Shown here: positions 1-4,535 of the stretch, piece after piece
Numbering within the stretch: position 1 is the first letter of the stretch
Layout of the letters: each line of letters begins with the position of its first letter
From: a virus
Lineage: Duplodnaviria; Heunggongvirae; Uroviricota; Caudoviricetes
Length of the DNA stretch: 4,535 bases
Reading direction: 5' to 3' (one strand)
Virus record (IMG/VR): IMGVR_UViG_3300029253_000315
Program-made: the position numbers and the translations under genes
The notes under the pieces: generated by a model
The model's input: the letters and a program-made list of their open reading frames with translations, nothing else
Told to the model about the DNA's origin: nothing
Databases searched by the model: none

Positions 1-510
1 GATGCACCGATCATCTCAATAGGTGCAATATTTTTCGATCCGCAAACCGGAGATATAGGACCGGAATTTAGTAAGACTATCGATCTGGAAACTGCTGGCG
101 GAGTCATTGATCGGGACACCATTAAATGGTGGCTTAAGCAATCACGCGAAGCGCAATCTGCCATTATGACCGATGAAATCCCGTTAGATGATGCACTGTT
201 ACAATTGCGGGAATTTATCGACGAAAACTCCGGTGAATTTTTTGTTCAGGTCTGGGGAAATGGAGCCAACTTCGACAACACAATTTTGCGCCGTTCATAC
301 GAACGGCAGGGGATCCCCTGCCCGTGGCGTTACTACAACGATCGCGATGTACGCACAATCGTTGAGCTGGGGAAAGCCATAGACTTCGATGCCAGAACGG
401 CTATTCCATTCGAAGGTGAGCGCCATAATGCACTTGATGACGCCCGTTACCAGGCAAAATACGTTTCAGCTATCTGGCAAAAACTGATCCCGAGTCAGGC
501 TGATTTTTAA
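1..510 (+). CDS. Phage-associated DEDDh (DnaQ/RNase T-like) 3'-5' exonuclease, 5'-partial: frame 1 is open from base 1, so the N-terminus (including the Exo I motif) lies upstream of the window
   Basis: Frame 1 has no stop from 1 to the TAA at 508-510. The translation contains an Exo II-like motif (WGNGANFDNTIL) and an Exo III-like motif (HNALDDARYQAKY, His-x4-Asp pattern). Its position upstream of xis-int matches the accessory (ea-like) region of lambdoid prophages. Family assignment is from motif recall, not a database search. Confidence 0.6.
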   Translation, partial: DAPIISIGAIFFDPQTGDIGPEFSKTIDLETAGGVIDRDTIKWWLKQSREAQSAIMTDEIPLDDALLQLREFIDENSGEFFVQVWGNGANFDNTILRRSYERQGIPCPWRYYNDRDVRTIVELGKAIDFDARTAIPFEGERHNALDDARYQAKYVSAIWQKLIPSQADF

Positions 511-524
511 TGTTCAACCCTGAT

Positions 525-552
525 CGCCGCTAACCGCATATAGTTAGCGGCG
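525..552 (+). promoter_or_regulatory. Perfect inverted repeat CGCCGCTAAC-N8-GTTAGCGGCG (10-bp stem, 8-nt loop) in the exonuclease/xis intergenic region; possible terminator, RNA processing or protein-binding site
   Basis: Read directly: 525-534 cgccgctaac, loop 535-542 cgcatata, 543-552 gttagcggcg (exact reverse complement). Followed by GTTAT rather than a long T-run. Confidence 0.35.
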
Positions 553-568
553 GTTATGAGATATAGCC

Positions 569-772
569 ATGAGCAGCTTATTTTTAACCGAAGATGAATT
601 GCTAATATTAACGGGCTGCAAATATGCAAGCCACCAGCGAAAATGGTTAATGGAAAACGGGCTTCCGTTCTATACCAATCGTAGTGGCAAACCGATTGTC
701 AGCCGGGATCTATTTACCTGCAATAAAACTTTACCACCACGCGAGGTAGAGCCGAATTTTGGTGCGATCTGA
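569..772 (+). CDS. Small excisionase-like protein (DUF4224-like; putative recombination directionality factor)
   Basis: 67-aa ORF immediately upstream of the integrase, with its stop overlapping the integrase start (TGATG, 770-774). The N-terminal segment LFLTEDELLILTGCK...WLMENGLPFY resembles DUF4224-type proteins typically encoded next to phage integrases. Function inferred from context and recalled family similarity. Confidence 0.5.
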   Translation: MSSLFLTEDELLILTGCKYASHQRKWLMENGLPFYTNRSGKPIVSRDLFTCNKTLPPREVEPNFGAI

Positions 773-1797
773 TGGGAAGACGAAGGAAAAATCCTGAACA
801 CGAAAAATTACCTCCAAATGTATACCCAAATAAATATAGTTATGTATGGAAACCAACATCCAGAGAATCTGTCACACTAACCGCCATCAAGGATGGTTTA
901 GCTGCTTTATGGAAAAAGTATGAGGAAACTGTAAATAATCGCGATCGTGCAATGACATTCGGTCGCTTGTGGGAAAAATTCCTCGCCAGCGCCTATTACA
1001 GTGACCTTAGTCCAAGAACACAAAAAGATTATCTGCAACATCAAAAAAAATTGCTTGCCGTATTCGGTAAGGTACCAGCGGATTCCATAAAACCAGAACA
1101 CATCCGTCGATACATGGACAAAAGAGGGGAGCAGAGTAAAACGCAAGCCAACCATGAAAAAAGCAGTATGTCCCGTGTTTACAGTTGGGGGTATGAGCGA
1201 GGGTACGTCAAGGCTAACCCATGTGCAGGTGTAAGTAAATTCAAGGCCAAAAACCGCGAACGATATGTAACCGACAAAGAATACCAGGCAGTATTAAGCG
1301 TTGCACCTCTTCCTGTTTTTATCGCAATGGAAATTGCCTATCTGTGTGCAGCGAGGGTTTCCGATGTGTTATCGCTGAAATGGGAACAGATTGGAAACGA
1401 CGGGATATTCATCCAGCAAGGGAAAACCGGAAAAAAACAGATAAAAGCATGGAGTCCACGATTACAGGCAGCGATCGAAAAAGCAAAACAGTTACCAAAA
1501 TCTGCCTATGTGATCAGCAATCAATACGGCAACCGATATATGTACAAAGGCTTTAACGAAATGTGGGTAGAAGCAAGAAATCGTGCTGGAAAAATTTCAG
1601 GTATTTTAACCGACTTCACCTTTCATGATCTGAAGGCGAAAGGAATTTCAGACTATGAAGGAAGCAGCCGGGATAAGCAACTTTTCTCTGGTCACAAAAC
1701 CGAAGGGCAAGTGCTAATCTATGACAGGAAGGTTAAAGTTTCACCAACACTTGATGTCCCGTTACCTGAAAATATTCCAAGAAAATATTCCAAGTAA
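772..1797 (+). CDS. int: Lambda-family tyrosine recombinase (prophage integrase), with Lys at the Arg-II position
   Basis: 341-aa ORF. The C-terminus aligns by eye with the lambda Int catalytic region: ARVSD (Arg-I, codon 1354-1356), QGKTGKK, FHDLKAKG (His 1624-1626; Lys 1633-1635 where Arg-II is expected), SGHK (His 1693-1695), LIYDRK (Tyr nucleophile 1720-1722). It sits 52 bp from the 3' end of tRNA-Ser. Confidence 0.9.
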   Translation: MGRRRKNPEHEKLPPNVYPNKYSYVWKPTSRESVTLTAIKDGLAALWKKYEETVNNRDRAMTFGRLWEKFLASAYYSDLSPRTQKDYLQHQKKLLAVFGKVPADSIKPEHIRRYMDKRGEQSKTQANHEKSSMSRVYSWGYERGYVKANPCAGVSKFKAKNRERYVTDKEYQAVLSVAPLPVFIAMEIAYLCAARVSDVLSLKWEQIGNDGIFIQQGKTGKKQIKAWSPRLQAAIEKAKQLPKSAYVISNQYGNRYMYKGFNEMWVEARNRAGKISGILTDFTFHDLKAKGISDYEGSSRDKQLFSGHKTEGQVLIYDRKVKVSPTLDVPLPENIPRKYSK

Positions 1798-1804
1798 TTC
1801 CAAG
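1772..1804 (+). repeat. Three direct repeats of ATTCCAAG (1774-1781, 1787-1794, 1797-1804) spanning the int stop codon; candidate arm-type integrase binding sites of the attachment region
   Basis: Read directly: aatATTCCAAGaaaatATTCCAAGtaATTCCAAGtg. Spacing is 13 and 10 bp. Location is between the int coding end and the tRNA 3' end where the att core is expected. Confidence 0.35.
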
Positions 1805-1849
1805 TGTGATTTTTGTCACTGACTTAATGATGTGTAAGTGATTGAATTT

Positions 1850-1939
1850 TGGCGGAGAGAGGGGGATTTGAACCCCCGGTGGAGTTGCCCCCACTCCGGT
1901 TTTCGAGACCGGTCCGTTCAGCCGCTCCGGCATCTCTCC
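1850..1939 (-). tRNA. serU: tRNA-Ser (anticodon CGA), 90 nt with long variable arm and encoded CCA
   Basis: The reverse complement of 1850-1939 reads GGAGAGATGCCGGAGCGGCTGAACGGACCGGTCTCGAAAACCGGAGTGGGGGCAACTCCACCGGGGGTTCAAATCCCCCTCTCTCCGCCA. It has a 7-bp acceptor stem (GGAGAGA/TCTCTCC), an anticodon stem CCGGT/ACCGG with loop CTCGAAA (anticodon CGA), and a T-arm GGGGG-TTCAAAT-CCCCC. The serU assignment rests on recalled E. coli K-12 synteny (serU-mtfA-asnT). Confidence 0.93.
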
Positions 1940-2032
1940 GTTCAGATGGTTGCCATGATGCCAGGAAATTTGGCATTTTAACAGTCCCTGTCCGTGCAAT
2001 TTTGTTCAAGTGACGAGTTTGCGAGCAAAACG

Positions 2033-2830
2033 ATGATTAAGTGGCCCTGGAAAGTACAAGAATCAGCACATCAAACTGCCCTTCCCTGGCAGGAAGCACT
2101 ATCGATCCCCCTTTTAACGTGTCTGACGGAACAGGAACAAAGCAAATTAGTCACTCTTGCCGAACGTTTTTTACAGCAAAAGCGGCTTGTTCCTTTACAG
2201 GGCTTTGAACTGGATTCATTAAGAAGCTGCCGGATAGCACTTCTATTTTGCCTACCCGTTCTGGAGTTAGGACTGGAATGGCTGGATGGTTTTCATGAAG
2301 TCTTAATTTATCCTGCGCCATTTGTGGTCGATGATGAATGGGAAGACGATATCGGTCTGGTGCATAACCAACGTATTGTTCAGTCAGGTCAGAGCTGGCA
2401 GCAAGGGCCTATCGTTTTGAACTGGTTGGATATACAAGATTCTTTTGATGCTTCTGGTTTTAACCTGATTATTCATGAAGTCGCTCATAAGCTGGACACC
2501 CGTAACGGCGATCGCGCCAGCGGAGTTCCCTTTATTCCGTTGCGTGAGGTTGCTGGCTGGGAACACGATCTTCATGCTGCAATGAACAACATTCAGGAAG
2601 AAATCGAATTGGTTGGCGAGAATGCGGCGAGCATTGATGCTTATGCTGCCAGTGATCCTGCTGAATGTTTTGCCGTACTTTCTGAATATTTCTTTAGCGC
2701 CCCAGAACTTTTTGCTCCTCGTTTCCCTTCATTGTGGCAACGTTTCTGCCAATTTTATCAACAAGATCCTTTGCAGAGACTGCATCGCACTAATGATACA
2801 GACTCGTTTTCGGCGACGAATGTTCATTAA
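2033..2830 (+). CDS. mtfA: MtfA (Mlc titration factor A; DUF980/M90-type zinc peptidase), 265 aa
   Basis: Translation from the ATG at 2033 begins [14 protein letters not shown], which I recognise as the E. coli MtfA N-terminus. It contains an HEXXH zinc-binding motif (IIHEVAHKL). The ORF-track start at 1994 adds 13 residues ([13 protein letters not shown]) that I treat as a spurious upstream extension. Confidence 0.9.
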
Positions 2831-2855
2831 TTAACAACTTTGCAGATTAATTAAC
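2826..2855 (+). promoter_or_regulatory. Duplicated AT-rich element ATTAATTAAC (2826-2835 and 2846-2855) upstream of the asnT promoter; possible UP element or Fis-type activator sites
   Basis: Read directly; two exact 10-bp copies 20 bp apart, each containing the palindrome TTAATTAA. The second copy is centred roughly 70 bp upstream of the predicted transcription start. The first copy overlaps the mtfA stop codon. Confidence 0.3.
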
Positions 2856-2883
2856 CAATTGAAATGACTTATGAAATTTAGTG

Positions 2884-2920
2884 TTGACAGACAAGGTACC
2901 GCTAAGTAATATGCGCCCCG
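2884..2920 (+). promoter_or_regulatory. Sigma70 promoter for tRNA-Asn: -35 TTGACA (2884-2889), 17-bp spacer, -10 TAATAT (2907-2912), GC-rich discriminator GCGCCCCG (2913-2920)
   Basis: Read directly. Consensus -35, optimal spacer and near-consensus -10 lie 18 bp upstream of the mature tRNA 5' end. A GC-rich discriminator is typical of stringently controlled stable-RNA promoters. Confidence 0.6.
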
Positions 2921-2930
2921 TTCACACGAT

Positions 2931-3006
2931 TCCTCTGTAGTTCAGTCGGTAGAACGGCGGACTGTTAATCCGTATGTCACTGGTTCGAGTCCAGTCAGAG
3001 GAGCCA
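2931..3006 (+). tRNA. asnT: tRNA-Asn (anticodon GUU), 76 nt with encoded CCA
   Basis: Sequence TCCTCTGTAGTTCAGTCGGTAGAACGGCGGACTGTTAATCCGTATGTCACTGGTTCGAGTCCAGTCAGAGGAGCCA, with anticodon loop CTGTTAA (GTT), matches the E. coli tRNA-Asn as I recall it. The asnT copy is assigned by adjacency to mtfA. Confidence 0.95.
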
Positions 3007-3168
3007 GATTCAAGTTTTCATGCTTATCTGTACGTTTATATTTGTTTACGATTCAGTAAGTTAGCGTGAAAATCCTTGCCGGTGCGTATCTGGTTTTATC
3101 TCCGCATCGGGATAATTTGGTGGTCAGATCTGGGGTCAGTTTGGTTCGATTCTGGAGTGACCCCCAAA

Positions 3169-4437
3169 ATGTCTTTAAACGATTCTAAAATCCGCAAGTT
3201 AAAATCTTCTTCCCGTCCGGTAAAACTCTCCGACTCTCACGGTCTGTATCTGCTCGTCAATCCGGGCGGTTCACGCATCTGGTATCTCAAATATCGTTTC
3301 AACGGAAAAGAATCCAGAGTCAGTCTTGGCGCATACCCGCTGGTCTCACTGGCAGAAGCCAGGCAACAGCGCGACGGTATCCGCAAGTTACTGGCGCAGA
3401 ATATCAACCCGGCGCAGCAGCGCATGGCAGAGAAAGCCGCCTGCTCCCCTGAAAAGTGCTTTAAAGCGGTGGCGGTGGCGCTGGCCTGGCACAAAACCAA
3501 CAAAAAATGGTCGGCTGATTATGCCGCCCGTATTCTCGCCAGTATGGAAAACCATATCTTCCCGGCGGTTGGTCATTTGCCCGTTGCCAAACTTAAAACG
3601 CAGGATTTCACTGCCCTGCTGAGGGTTATTGAGGATAAGGGCTTTCTGGAAGTCGCGTCCCGCACGCGGCAGCAACTCAGCAACATCATGCGCTATGCCG
3701 TATAGCAGGGGCTTACCGAAAGCAATCCGGCGCAGCATCTGGATGGCGTTGTCTCCTCCCCCGTAAAGAATCACTACCCCGCGTTACCGCTGGAGCGGTT
3801 GTCCGAACTGCTTGGCCGCATCGGTGACTATCAGCAGGGCCGGGAGTTAACCCGGCTGGCGGAGGTGCTGACACTGCACCTGTTCATCCGTTCCAGCGAA
3901 CTGCGTTTCGCCCGCTGGAGCGAGATCGATTTCAGGCACAAAATCTGGACCATCCCCGCCACCCGCGAGGCCATCGACAAAGTTCGGTTTTCGGGGCGTG
4001 GCGCAAAAATGCGTACTCCGCATATCGTACCGCTCTCCCGCCAGGCGATTGCCCTTCTGAAACAGATACAGGAGCTTTCCGGCCATCTGGATCTGGTGTT
4101 TCCCGGCGATCATAATCCGTACAAGCCAATGAGCGAAAACACAACCAACCGGGCGCTGCGCCTGATGGGGTATGACACGAAAACTGAAATCTGCGGGCAT
4201 GGACTCAGGGCAATGGCCTGTAGCGCCCTGGTGGAGTCGGACCTGTGGTCACGCGATACGGTGGAGCGGCAAATGAGCCACCAGGAGCGCAACAGCGTGC
4301 GGGCGGCATATGTGCATAAAGCAGAGCATCTGGAGGCCAGAAAGGCCATGATGCAGTGGTGGTCGGATTATCTGGATGTGTGCCGCGAGGGGTATGTTGC
4401 GCCGTACATTTATGCCCGGCAGCATAAGGCAGCCTGA
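3169..4437 (+). pseudogene. int: P4-family (phage/island-type) tyrosine integrase interrupted by one in-frame amber codon (TAG at 3703-3705); fragments 3169-3705 and 3706/3799-4437 are in the same frame
   Basis: ORF-track entries 3076..3705 and 3799..4437 are both in frame 1, and I translated 3706-3798 with no further stop. The product from the ATG at 3169 starts MSLNDSKIRKLK...GLYLLVNPGGSRIWYLKYRFNGKESRVSLGAYP, an N-terminus typical of P4-type integrases. The downstream part carries catalytic-domain motifs (IRSSELRFARWSEIDF, CGHGLRAMA, VRAAYVHKAEHLEARKAMMQWWSDYLD). It lies immediately 3' of tRNA-Asn in the same orientation, the usual arrangement for asn-tRNA islands. GGAG at 3154-3157 is a plausible Shine-Dalgarno. 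Confidence 0.8.
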
Positions 4438-4535
4438 ATCAGAAATAGCGTAAATCATTAAAACCGGAAAAGCAGATCCTGGGTAATGACTCCAACTTAT
4501 TGATAGTGTTTTATGTTCAGATAATGCCCGATGAC

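Noticed and set aside
1804-1817. Short palindrome GTGA-N6-TCAC (gtgatttttgtcac) between int and tRNA-Ser
   Set aside because: Only 4-bp arms; it could be part of the att region or an IHF-like site, but it is too short to distinguish from chance.
1733-2009. Minus-strand ORFs 1733..1999 and 1824..2009
   Set aside because: They overlap the tRNA-Ser gene and the int 3' end; they are artefacts of translating through a structured RNA gene.
1994-2032. Upstream extension of the mtfA ORF ([13 protein letters not shown]) from the ATG at 1994
   Set aside because: The recognised MtfA N-terminus (MIKWPWK) begins at 2033. The extension would run into the serU/mtfA divergent control region only about 55 bp from the tRNA 5' end.
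1940-2032. Promoter calls for serU (minus strand) and mtfA in the divergent intergenic region, including a TGGCAT motif at 1971-1976
   Set aside because: I could not find a -35/-10 pair with acceptable spacing on either strand, and TGGCAT lacks the properly spaced GC element of a sigma54 promoter. The promoters are probably here but I cannot place them reliably.
188-2834. Short overlapping ORFs inside annotated genes (188..382 +, 907..1155 -, 1344..1556 +, 2384..2575 -, 2613..2834 +)
   Set aside because: Each is fully nested in a higher-confidence CDS in another frame and has no start context or recognisable motifs.
3079-3110. Imperfect hairpin CCGGTGCG-N16-CGCATCGG in the asnT-int spacer, and recurring TCTGG/GGTCAG short motifs (3089-3155)
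   Set aside because: The stem has a mismatch at the DNA level (a G-U pair in RNA), a long loop and no T-run. The repeated 5-6-mers are short enough to recur by chance. Possibly integrase leader or arm-site related, but not supportable from sequence alone.
3076-3168. Upstream extension of the P4-type integrase ORF starting at 3076 (MPVRIWFYLRIGIIWW...)
   Set aside because: P4-family integrases begin with an MSL(N/T)D-KIR-type N-terminus, which matches the ATG at 3169. A GGAG lies 11 nt upstream of 3169, and the extension is low-complexity and Trp-rich.
3237-4458. Multiple antisense and alternative-frame ORFs inside the P4 integrase region (3237..3503 -, 3326..3622 +, 3388..3774 -, 3847..4200 -, 3932..4144 -, 4110..4349 -, 4249..4458 -)
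   Set aside because: All are embedded in a well-supported integrase reading frame in GC-rich DNA, where long spurious ORFs are expected. Their translations are Arg/Pro/Ala-rich and low-complexity, with no recognisable motifs.
1-4535. CRISPR arrays, insertion-sequence inverted repeats, toxin-antitoxin pairs or a defense operon
   Set aside because: No regularly spaced direct repeats, no transposase-like ORF and no small paired ORFs were found. All substantial coding capacity is accounted for by the exonuclease, xis-like, two integrases and mtfA.

Overview
This window appears to be an Escherichia coli-type chromosomal tRNA integration hotspot, with mobile-element integrases on both sides of a three-gene core. 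Left (1-1797, + strand): the integration-proximal end of a lambdoid prophage, with a 5'-truncated DEDDh-type 3'-5' exonuclease gene, a perfect 10-bp-stem hairpin, a small excisionase-like gene and a lambda-family tyrosine integrase whose 3' end carries three ATTCCAAG direct repeats. Core: tRNA-Ser(CGA) on the minus strand (1850-1939, serU-like), mtfA (2033-2830, zinc peptidase with HEVAH motif), and tRNA-Asn(GUU) on the plus strand (2931-3006, asnT-like) behind a near-consensus sigma70 promoter. Right (3169-4437): a GC-richer P4-family integrase interrupted by a single in-frame TAG at 3703-3705, which looks like the start of an asn-tRNA genomic island (HPI-like by position and composition, not verified). 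Both tRNA 3' ends point outward toward their elements. I do not see a complete novel system (defense, toxin-antitoxin, CRISPR) inside this window; any island cargo lies beyond both edges. The most noteworthy points are the amber-interrupted P4-type integrase, a Lys at the second catalytic Arg position of the lambdoid integrase, and candidate arm-type repeats.
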